DNA of 64,000 nt. It comes from Gemmatimonadota bacterium. GTDB lineage: Bacteria; Gemmatimonadota; Gemmatimonadetes; Gemmatimonadales; GWC2-71-9. Shown here one piece after another: positions 39,267 through 46,928 of the stretch. A program made the position numbers and the translations under genes. Under the pieces are notes generated by a model. It searched no databases. It was not told the DNA's origin and worked only from the letters and a program-made list of their open reading frames with translations. The stretch lies in assembly GCA_031400975.1 (NCBI GenBank), contig JANNQX010000196.1:3376-67375 (forward strand), read 5' to 3'. Each line of letters starts with the position of its first letter. Position 1 is the stretch's first letter.

Positions 39267-39607
39267 CGAATCGTGATCGGCGCGCGGCCGCAGATTCGCT
39301 GGGGGATGTTGGCGCAAGCCTGGACTTCGATTTCACCTCGAGCCCCGGCCACCAAATGGCCGCCGATATCGACGGTCGCTCGATCAGCGGGAGTCACCGA
39401 CCAGAGCCAGGTGGCGACCTCGCGGGGCGGCATTGCCCAGGCCCGCATCCGGACGGTATCGCCGATCCGGATTTCGACACCGTCAGGTGCGATGGCGACC
39501 CGGGGCTCTTCCGTCGCGAAGTTGCCGCCATCGTCGGCAGGCGTTCCCCCCGAACATCCAGCCGCCAGGGCACCTCCCGCAAGAGCTACGAATCGGAACA
39601 AGCCCAT
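39263..39607 (-). CDS. Small lipoprotein with bacterial Ig-like (Big_2-like) domain
   Basis: Trimmed to ATG 39607 (MGLFRFVALAGGALAAGCSGG lipobox). GDTVRMRAWAM...WSVTPADRATVD pattern. Confidence 0.6.
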   Translation of the reverse strand: MGLFRFVALAGGALAAGCSGGTPADDGGNFATEEPRVAIAPDGVEIRIGDTVRMRAWAMPPREVATWLWSVTPADRATVDIGGHLVAGARGEIEVQACANIPQRICGRAPITIR

Positions 39608-39673
39608 TGGGCGCCTCGTTAGGGACAACCGAGCTATAAAAGTGGTGCCTCTGCCCCCGGTCGGCAACCCACG

Positions 39674-41098
39674 CTAGACCGCTTTGTTCTTCCACCGCCC
39701 CCGCCGAAAGAGTACCCCGCTCACTAACGCTAACCCGGAGAAGGCCAAGGCAATCGCGATGAAGGCGCCTAAAGGCCCAAGCCCGGCCGGCCGAGCCAGG
39801 ACATAGGCCGCTGGGATTTCAAACAGCCAGAAACAGACCACGTTGATCAGCGTCGGCGTCCGGGTATCCCCCGCTCCGTTGAACGCACTCGAGAGCACCA
39901 TCCCATAGGCGTAAAAAGGAAAGCCCAAGCTGATGACCCGTAGCGCAATGACCGCCAGCCGGGCGACTTCGGCGTCCCGGGTGAACACACTCACGATGTT
40001 CGGTGCCAACCAAACGAACAGGACCCCAACAACCGCGAGAAAATAGAGATTGAAGCGCGCGGCCCGCCAGACCGACTGTTCGGCTCGCTCGGGTTGCCTC
40101 GACCCCAAGGCCTGCCCGACCATCGTCGCGGCGGCGTTGGCGAGCCCCCACGATGGCAGGAGCGCGAACATCACGACTCGAATCGCAATCGTATAGCCGG
40201 CGACGGCGCTCGCCCCAAACCCCGCGATGATCCGGACCAGCCAAATCCAACTCGTGGTGCCGATCAGAATCTGGATGATCCCGGCGGTCGACAGCCGGAT
40301 CAATCGCCCCATGAGCCCAAAGTCGATCCGAAGGTGGTGGCGCTCGATCACGAACCGGCGATCGGTCCCGGCTAGTCGATAGAATTGATACAACACCCCA
40401 ATACCTCGGCCGACGGTCGTCGCAACCGCCGCACCCGCAATTCCCATTTCCGGAAACGGGCCGATCCCAAATATCAGCAAGGGATCCAGGATCAGGTTCG
40501 CGAGGTTGGCGATCCACAAGCACCGCATGGCGACTGCGGCGTCCCCAGCCCCCCGAAAAATGGCGTTAATCAAGAACAGCAAGAGAATGGCGCCGTTCCC
40601 CATAAACATGATCCGGGTAAACCAAGCCCCGCCTGCCACCATCGACGGGTCGGCTCCCATCAGTCGGAGCAAATCGGGGGCGAAGAACCCACCGATCACG
40701 GCGATCGGCACGGCCAGCAGGACTCCTAACAGGATCGCCTGGACTGCCGCGGCGGCCGCCTCTCGGGGAGCTTTCTCGCCAATCCGGCGCGCCACGATCG
40801 CCGTGGCCCCGATCCCCAACCCCATGCCGAGCGCATAGATGACGCTCAGCATGGCCTCGGTGAGACCGACCACCGCCACCGCCTCTGGGCCGATCCGATT
40901 GACCCAAAAAACATTGACGACCGCAAATACCGACTCGAGCGCCACCTCGAGCACCATCGGAATGGCCAGCATCAACAACGCGGTCCCGATCGGCCCTTCG
41001 GTAAAGTCCCGTCCTTCGGCACCGCCGACCGCTTCTCTTACGGTCGCGAGCCAGCCGCGGGAAACGGGCTTCGAAAACGCAGAATCGTCTGCCGTCAT
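39674..41098 (-). CDS. MATE-family efflux transporter
   Basis: 474 aa, 12 TM helices, duplicated MatE halves (LMLAIPMVLE...; GIGVLYQFYRL...). Confidence 0.9.
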   Translation of the reverse strand: MTADDSAFSKPVSRGWLATVREAVGGAEGRDFTEGPIGTALLMLAIPMVLEVALESVFAVVNVFWVNRIGPEAVAVVGLTEAMLSVIYALGMGLGIGATAIVARRIGEKAPREAAAAAVQAILLGVLLAVPIAVIGGFFAPDLLRLMGADPSMVAGGAWFTRIMFMGNGAILLLFLINAIFRGAGDAAVAMRCLWIANLANLILDPLLIFGIGPFPEMGIAGAAVATTVGRGIGVLYQFYRLAGTDRRFVIERHHLRIDFGLMGRLIRLSTAGIIQILIGTTSWIWLVRIIAGFGASAVAGYTIAIRVVMFALLPSWGLANAAATMVGQALGSRQPERAEQSVWRAARFNLYFLAVVGVLFVWLAPNIVSVFTRDAEVARLAVIALRVISLGFPFYAYGMVLSSAFNGAGDTRTPTLINVVCFWLFEIPAAYVLARPAGLGPLGAFIAIALAFSGLALVSGVLFRRGRWKNKAV

Positions 41099-41243
41099 GA
41101 CCAGTCTCAGGCATTAGGGAACGTTTTGGATGGAGATCAGGACCGGCGAACAGCGGCTAACCGGTGCGGGCGACCAGACACCGCTAGACGCGAACCGGTA
41201 TTTCGGGACCGGGTAGGGTCGTCGAACTCACCCAAATGAAGAA

Positions 41244-41264
41244 GCCCGGCACACCAAGCCGGGC
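41244..41264 (-). terminator. Hairpin terminator downstream of glmS (minus strand)
   Basis: gcccggc / gccgggc, a 7-bp stem with a 7-nt loop. On the minus strand it is followed by ttcttcattt. Confidence 0.5.
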
Positions 41265-41313
41265 CCTCATTCTAAACAACCTGACCAGCCCTCGCTGTGA
41301 CCCAGCCCACAAA

Positions 41314-41326
41314 GCCGAGTGCCGAA
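41314..41326 (-). repeat. Two heptamer units (TTCGGCA CTCGGC on the minus strand) immediately after the glmS stop
   Basis: Plus strand gccgagtgccgaa followed by cta (glmS stop 41327-41329). Confidence 0.6.
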
Positions 41327-43153
41327 CTACTCGACCGTCACGCTCTTCGCCAAGTTGCGGGGCTGATCGACGTTACAGCCCCGGAGGACAGCGATGTAGT
41401 AACTCAACAACTGGAGCGGGACACTGGCTAAGATCGGGGTCAGGAGGTCGTGAGTCTTCGGCAACACGAACGTTTCCTCCGCCAACCGGGCAATCTCGGT
41501 GTCGCCTTCAGTGACCAGAGCAATAACCCGACCCTTCCGGGCTTTCACTTCCTCGATATTGGACACGATCTTTGAGTAGACCCCATCGGTCGGAGCCACG
41601 AATACGACGGGCATGTTCTCATCGATCAGTGCAATCGGTCCATGCTTCATTTCCGCCGCCGGATAGCCCTCGGCGTGAATGTATGAGATTTCCTTGAGTT
41701 TGAGGGCTCCCTCGAGTGCCACCGGGAAATTCACCCCGCGGCCGAGGTAGAGACAGTTGGTGGCCTTGTGGTACTTCTGGGCGAGACGCTCGATATCGCC
41801 TGAGCGAGCCAGGATCTGACGGATCTGCTCGGGCAGCCGGTTCAAAGCGTGAATGAACTCGCGCCCTTGAAGGACGCTCATATTCTTGAGCCGGGCTAAC
41901 CGCAGCGCGACCATGGCGAGCGCACCGACCTGGCTATTGAAGGCCTTGGTGCTGGCCACCCCGATTTCCGGGCCGGCCCGAAGGTACAATCCGCCGTCAA
42001 CCTCACGAGCGATGGTCGATCCAACGACATTCACAAGGCCGATGGTCCGACCGCCGCGCCGCTTCCCTTCGCGGATCGCCGCCAGGGTGTCAGCCGTCTC
42101 CCCCGACTGAGAAATCGCAATGACCAGACTTCGGTCGTCGAGCACCGGATTCCGATAGCGGAACTCCGAAGCGTACTCGACTTCGACCGGAATCCGGGCC
42201 AACTCCTCAATGATGTACTCGCCGATCAACCCAGCGTGCCAGGACGTTCCACAGGCCGTGATAATGACGCGGTCGAACCGTTTCAGCTCTTCGTCGGACA
42301 AATTGAGTCCGCGGAGCCGCGCCGTGCCCTCTTCCTCCAGCAAGTGACCCCGAAGGGTGTTGGTGAGACTTTCAGGCTGCTCGAAGATTTCCTTGAGCAT
42401 GAAGTGGGCGTAGCCACCCCGCTCGATCGTGGCGAGATCCCATTCGATCTGGCTGACCGGCTTATCGACATGGGTCTCGGTCAGGTTCCGAACCCGATAC
42501 CCGTCTCGGTGAAGGACGACCATCTCGCCGTCATCCAGGTAGACGACCGACCGGGTGTGTTCGAGAATCGCTGAGGCGTCCGAGGCCACGAAGTACTCGC
42601 CCTCGCCGACCCCGACCAACAACGGGGAACCGTGGCGAGCGGCCACGAGGGTGCCCGGCTCCTCGGAGCAGATCACGGCAATACCGTAAGCGCCGTGGAC
42701 ATCCCAGAGGGCCGCGGCCACCGCTTCTTCAAGGTCGCCTTCGTAGTACTCGCCAATAAGGTGGGCGAGAACTTCCGTGTCCGTTTCCGACTGGAATGTG
42801 TGACCCCGCCGCTCCAAAGCCGTCCGGATGCTCCCGGCGTTCTCAATGATGCCGTTATGGATGACGGCGATCCGGCCGGACTGGTCGAGGTGCGGGTGGG
42901 CATTGGGCGTGGTCGGAGCGCCGTGAGTGGCCCATCGGGTGTGCCCGACGCCCACCGTACCGTCCAAGGTGTCGCCCTTCAGAGCGTCCACGAGCACGCC
43001 GAGCTTGCCGGCGGCCTTGCGGACCTTGACACCACTGCCGTTCAGGACCGCGATGCCCGAGGAGTCATACCCCCGGTATTCCATCCGTTTGAGGCCGTCC
43101 AGCAAGATGCTGGTTGCCTGGCGAGGGCCGACATATCCGACGATTCCACACAT
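41327..43153 (-). CDS. glmS: Glutamine--fructose-6-phosphate aminotransferase
   Basis: Trimmed to ATG 43153 so that the protein starts MCGIVGY (catalytic Cys2). Two SIS domains. C-terminal ...NLAKSVTVE. Confidence 0.96.
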   Translation of the reverse strand: MCGIVGYVGPRQATSILLDGLKRMEYRGYDSSGIAVLNGSGVKVRKAAGKLGVLVDALKGDTLDGTVGVGHTRWATHGAPTTPNAHPHLDQSGRIAVIHNGIIENAGSIRTALERRGHTFQSETDTEVLAHLIGEYYEGDLEEAVAAALWDVHGAYGIAVICSEEPGTLVAARHGSPLLVGVGEGEYFVASDASAILEHTRSVVYLDDGEMVVLHRDGYRVRNLTETHVDKPVSQIEWDLATIERGGYAHFMLKEIFEQPESLTNTLRGHLLEEEGTARLRGLNLSDEELKRFDRVIITACGTSWHAGLIGEYIIEELARIPVEVEYASEFRYRNPVLDDRSLVIAISQSGETADTLAAIREGKRRGGRTIGLVNVVGSTIAREVDGGLYLRAGPEIGVASTKAFNSQVGALAMVALRLARLKNMSVLQGREFIHALNRLPEQIRQILARSGDIERLAQKYHKATNCLYLGRGVNFPVALEGALKLKEISYIHAEGYPAAEMKHGPIALIDENMPVVFVAPTDGVYSKIVSNIEEVKARKGRVIALVTEGDTEIARLAEETFVLPKTHDLLTPILASVPLQLLSYYIAVLRGCNVDQPRNLAKSVTVE

Positions 43154-43155
43154 GG

Positions 43156-44523
43156 CTACCCCAAGTCCCGACACGTTGTGATGAGGTCCACCGCCAGCGC
43201 CTCGGATGGCGCTTCCGCGATATACCGGATGATCGGCTCCGTCCCCGAGGGACGAACATGAACCCAACGATCGGCCCAGGATAGCCTGAGTCCGTCCCTT
43301 AAGTCCACCGCCGCGTCGCTGAACCGATTTCGAAGCGTCGTGTACAACGCCTCCAAGTTGGCCCCGCGTTGTGACTTAGCCTTCACAATCTGGTAACGGG
43401 GCGCGCTCGCAACGATTTGACTCGGCCGCTGTCCCGTGACTGCCAAATGTTGCAAGATCAGCGCCACACCGAGGGGCGCATCTCTTCCAATGTGGAGTTC
43501 CGGCAAAATCACCCCCCCGTTTCCCTCTCCCCCAATCAGAGCGCCTTCCTCCTTAATCGCAGCCGCCACATTCGCCTCCCCAACCGGCGCCCGAACAAAC
43601 CGAGCCCCTCCCGCCAGGGCCGCATCCTCAACCACCAATGAAGTCGAGAGGTTCGCCACCACCACCGGCGGCGCGCCCGCCAAGGACCCCCGCGTTCCGA
43701 GAATACTCCGGACGGCCCAAGCCAAGGTGTAGTCCTCGCCGATTGGGCGGCCCAACTCGTCAACCACGGCGAGTCGATCGACGTCGGGGTCAACGGCCAG
43801 GCCGATGTCGGCCCCGGATTCCCGAACCAGGCGACCCAACTCACCCAAGTTCTCGGGGATCGGCTCGGGTTCCCGCGGAAACAGCCCGTCAGTCTCGAGG
43901 TTGATCCCCGATACCCGGCACCCCAGCCGCTCGAGCAGGCCTGGAATGACCGCCCCCCCGGCGCCGCGAACACAGTCGAGCGCTACGTGGAAGTGGCACG
44001 CCCGGATCCGACCAACGTCGATCCAGCGGAGCGCAAGAATCTGGTCGAGATGGCGCGCGGTGGCCTCCGGGTCGAACCGGATTCGGCCGAGGCCGTCCCA
44101 TCCGCCACGAGGCACGCCCTGTTCTGCCATGGTCCTCACTGCGCCACCCGCCGCCGCATCGAGAAAGATCCCGTCCGGACCCACGAACTTGAGGGCATTC
44201 CAAGCCACGGGGTTATGGCTGGCGGTAATGATGAGGCCGGCCCCGGCCTGGTGGTGTTCGACAGCCATCTGGACGGTCGGGGTCGGCACGATGCCAAGGT
44301 CGATGACGTCCACCCCAACGGACATCAGGCCGGCCACCGCGGCGTGGCTATACATCGGTCCGCTGGTCCGGGCGTCCCGGCCCAACACCACCAAGGGCCG
44401 GCCGTTGCCTTTGGCCCAGGCTCCCAGGGCCGCCGCGTGGCGGGAGATCAGCTCCGGGGTGAGGTCGGTGCCGACGATGCCCCGCATTCCGGAGACGGAA
44501 ACCATCAATGTGGAAGAAGTCAT
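43156..44523 (-). CDS. glmM: Phosphohexomutase, phosphoglucosamine-mutase-like
   Basis: SVSGMRG, phosphoserine loop ITASHNP, metal loop AVDPDVDR. Immediately upstream of glmS (2-nt gap). Confidence 0.82.
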   Translation of the reverse strand: MTSSTLMVSVSGMRGIVGTDLTPELISRHAAALGAWAKGNGRPLVVLGRDARTSGPMYSHAAVAGLMSVGVDVIDLGIVPTPTVQMAVEHHQAGAGLIITASHNPVAWNALKFVGPDGIFLDAAAGGAVRTMAEQGVPRGGWDGLGRIRFDPEATARHLDQILALRWIDVGRIRACHFHVALDCVRGAGGAVIPGLLERLGCRVSGINLETDGLFPREPEPIPENLGELGRLVRESGADIGLAVDPDVDRLAVVDELGRPIGEDYTLAWAVRSILGTRGSLAGAPPVVVANLSTSLVVEDAALAGGARFVRAPVGEANVAAAIKEEGALIGGEGNGGVILPELHIGRDAPLGVALILQHLAVTGQRPSQIVASAPRYQIVKAKSQRGANLEALYTTLRNRFSDAAVDLRDGLRLSWADRWVHVRPSGTEPIIRYIAEAPSEALAVDLITTCRDLG

Positions 44524-45593
44524 GTCAATTCAATCGGGAGCTTACTGTGATCGGAGAAGGCCCGCTGAAAGGCGGCTACGACATCGGGATCGAATTGGAG
44601 CCCGGCGCAGCGCTGGAGCTCAATCATCGCCTCCTGGGGCTGGCGCGAGGGCCGGTAGGCCCGGTTCGTTGTCATCGCGTCAAACGCGTCAACCACCGAT
44701 ACCACCCGCGCCACCATCGGAATAGCCTGACCCCGGAGCCCATCCGGAAAGCCGGTCCCGTCCATCCGCTCATGGTGATGGCGGACGATCTCGAGCACCA
44801 CGGGGTTGTCCTTGCGAATCGGGTCGAGGATCTCGACCCCTTCGGTGACGTGCTTCTTGATCTCTTCAAACTCCTCCGCGGTCAGGGGGCCGGGCTTGTT
44901 GAGGACTGCGTCCCGGGTTCCGATCTTCCCGATGTCATGGAGATCGCCGCCCAACCGAATCTGGTCGAGTACGTGGCCGGTAAACCCAAGCATGACAGCG
45001 GTTTTGGTGGCGTACCGGCTGACCCGCTGGGAGTGGCCGCGGGTATACTCGTCTTTCTTTTCAAGCATCCGCACGGCCATTTGAATCTGGCCGAGAAATT
45101 GTTCCCGGTTCCGGAGGTCGAGTTCGTGCAGCTGAGCCTCTAGGCGTTCTTGGTAGCTGTGCTGGAGGTAACGGTTCTCTAGCACTAGGCGACGCTTTTC
45201 GAGGGCATTTTCAACACGGGCCCGGAATTCCTCGATCAAAACCGGCTTCGCGAGGTAGTCGACGGCCCCAAGCTGAAGCGACTCGACGGCCGTGGTGACC
45301 TCCGCCACCCCAGTGAGCATCAAGACCGCCGTGTCGGGGAACCTTCGGTGAATCTCCTTGAGCAGGGTCAGCCCGTCCATTTCGGGCATGTAGATGTCAC
45401 TCAGAACCAGCGGGAACTCGCCGTCCTGTTCGAGGAGCGCCAAAGCCTCCCGGCCATCCCCGGCCTCGGTTGGGCTGATCCCGATGGCCTTGAGCACCCG
45501 GCAAAGAGTTCGCCGGACTTGCGCATCATCGTCCACCACCAAGGCCCGCGAGGCGTCGGCGAGCCGGGTCGAGGTCTGAGGGAAATCCAGCAT
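44520..45593 (-). CDS. Response regulator with HD-GYP c-di-GMP phosphodiesterase domain (RpfG-like)
   Basis: Trimmed to ATG 45593. REC (ALVVDDDAQVRR...LSDIYMPEMDG...KP), coiled linker, HD-GYP (RGHSQRV, LHDIGKIG, HHERMDGTGFPDGL). Stop overlaps the glmM start (ATGA). Confidence 0.88.
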   Translation of the reverse strand: MLDFPQTSTRLADASRALVVDDDAQVRRTLCRVLKAIGISPTEAGDGREALALLEQDGEFPLVLSDIYMPEMDGLTLLKEIHRRFPDTAVLMLTGVAEVTTAVESLQLGAVDYLAKPVLIEEFRARVENALEKRRLVLENRYLQHSYQERLEAQLHELDLRNREQFLGQIQMAVRMLEKKDEYTRGHSQRVSRYATKTAVMLGFTGHVLDQIRLGGDLHDIGKIGTRDAVLNKPGPLTAEEFEEIKKHVTEGVEILDPIRKDNPVVLEIVRHHHERMDGTGFPDGLRGQAIPMVARVVSVVDAFDAMTTNRAYRPSRQPQEAMIELQRCAGLQFDPDVVAAFQRAFSDHSKLPIELT

Positions 45594-45693
45594 TGTCACC
45601 GTAAGTGGTTGCCTTGAAACAACTTCATCGAACCAAGCTTGCCGGAAAAGTCCTCCGGGGGTTAGCTTGATCCTCCCCCTACATGCAAAAGCC

Positions 45694-46857
45694 ATGACCA
45701 GCATTCGCCAGGCCGACAAAAACCATAGAGTTGGAACGCGGGCGGTCCACGCCGGCCGGATCGACGACCTCCTAGCCGGGGCCATCATGCCCCCGATTTA
45801 CCAGACCTCGACCTACAAGCAGATCGCCCTCGGCGAGCACAAGGGCTATGAGTACGGCCGGACCCAGAATCCGACCCGGGAGGCCCTCGAGCGGAACGTG
45901 GCGAGCCTGGAAGGAGCTGATTTCGGATTTGCGTTTGCCTCTGGTTTGGCCACGCTCGACACCATGCTGAAGCTGCTCCGAGCCGGAGACCATGTCGTCT
46001 GTGGCGACAACGTCTACGGGGGCAGCATGCGGCTAATGGTCCGAGTCTACGAGGCCCTCGGCCTGACCTTTTCGTTCGTCGACATGCGTGACCCCGAGAA
46101 CGTCGTCCGAGCGCTGACCAAACAGACCCGGATGGTGTACTGCGAAACGCCAACCAACCCGATGATGTTCCTGGCGGATCTCCAGGCGATCGGGGACATC
46201 TGCCAGGCTCAAGGGGTTTTGTTCGCGGTCGACAACACCTTCGCGAGCCCGATTTTTCAGCAGCCGTTGTCGTTGGGTGCCGATATGGTGATGCACTCGA
46301 CCACGAAGTACCTCAACGGCCATAGCGACATGGTCGGCGGGATTCTCGTCACCAAGCGGGAGGATCTGGCGGAGCGGATTGGCTTCCTTCAAAACGCGGC
46401 GGGAGCGGTCCCGGGTCCGATGGACTGTTGGTTGGCGCTCCGGGGCACCAAAACCTTACCGCTGCGGATGAAGCAGCATGACGCGAGTGGCAGGAAAGTC
46501 GCCGCGTGGCTCACCACCCAGAAGAAGGTCCAGAGGATCTACTATCCGGGCCTCGCGTCCCATCCGCAACATGAGCTCGCCAAACGCCAGATGACGGGTT
46601 TTGGCGGGATGATTTCCTTCGATGTCGGCCACGACGACTTGGCCCGGAAAATCCTCGGTGGCACCAAGATCTTCGCCCTGGCCGAGTCGTTAGGTGGGGT
46701 CGAAAGCCTGATCGGGCACCCCGCATCCCAGACTCATGCCTCGGTGCCGGTGGCGCTGCGGGAGTCGATGGGCTTGACCAACAGTTTGGTCCGCTTGTCG
46801 GTGGGCATCGAGGAGCCCGAGGACCTGATCGAGGACTTGGCCCAAGCGATGGCCTGA
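45694..46857 (+). CDS. PLP-dependent cystathionine gamma-synthase/beta-lyase family enzyme
   Basis: Trimmed to ATG 45694. Cys/Met-metabolism PLP family; Schiff-base Lys in HSTTKYLNGHSD. Confidence 0.88.
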   Translation: MTSIRQADKNHRVGTRAVHAGRIDDLLAGAIMPPIYQTSTYKQIALGEHKGYEYGRTQNPTREALERNVASLEGADFGFAFASGLATLDTMLKLLRAGDHVVCGDNVYGGSMRLMVRVYEALGLTFSFVDMRDPENVVRALTKQTRMVYCETPTNPMMFLADLQAIGDICQAQGVLFAVDNTFASPIFQQPLSLGADMVMHSTTKYLNGHSDMVGGILVTKREDLAERIGFLQNAAGAVPGPMDCWLALRGTKTLPLRMKQHDASGRKVAAWLTTQKKVQRIYYPGLASHPQHELAKRQMTGFGGMISFDVGHDDLARKILGGTKIFALAESLGGVESLIGHPASQTHASVPVALRESMGLTNSLVRLSVGIEEPEDLIEDLAQAMA

Positions 46858-46928
46858 CCGAGGCAACGTTCCGACCCGCTCCGGAGTCTAACCGCGTAAT
46901 CGACTTTCGCGACCCGGAGCAATGTTCC

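Noticed and set aside
41099-41243. SRP-RNA-like stretch (caggaccggcgaacagcggc) in the MATE/glmS intergenic region
   Set aside because: It only loosely resembles the conserved domain IV sequence (CAGGUCCGGAAGGAAGCAGC). I could not draw the symmetric/asymmetric loops or a closing helix.
43154-43155. glmS ribozyme upstream of glmS
   Set aside because: glmS starts 2 nt after the glmM stop, so there is no leader in which a ribozyme could reside.
43805-44725. 306-aa ORF antisense to glmM
   Set aside because: Low-complexity Pro/Arg/Ser translation opposite a gene with the TASHNP phosphohexomutase signature.
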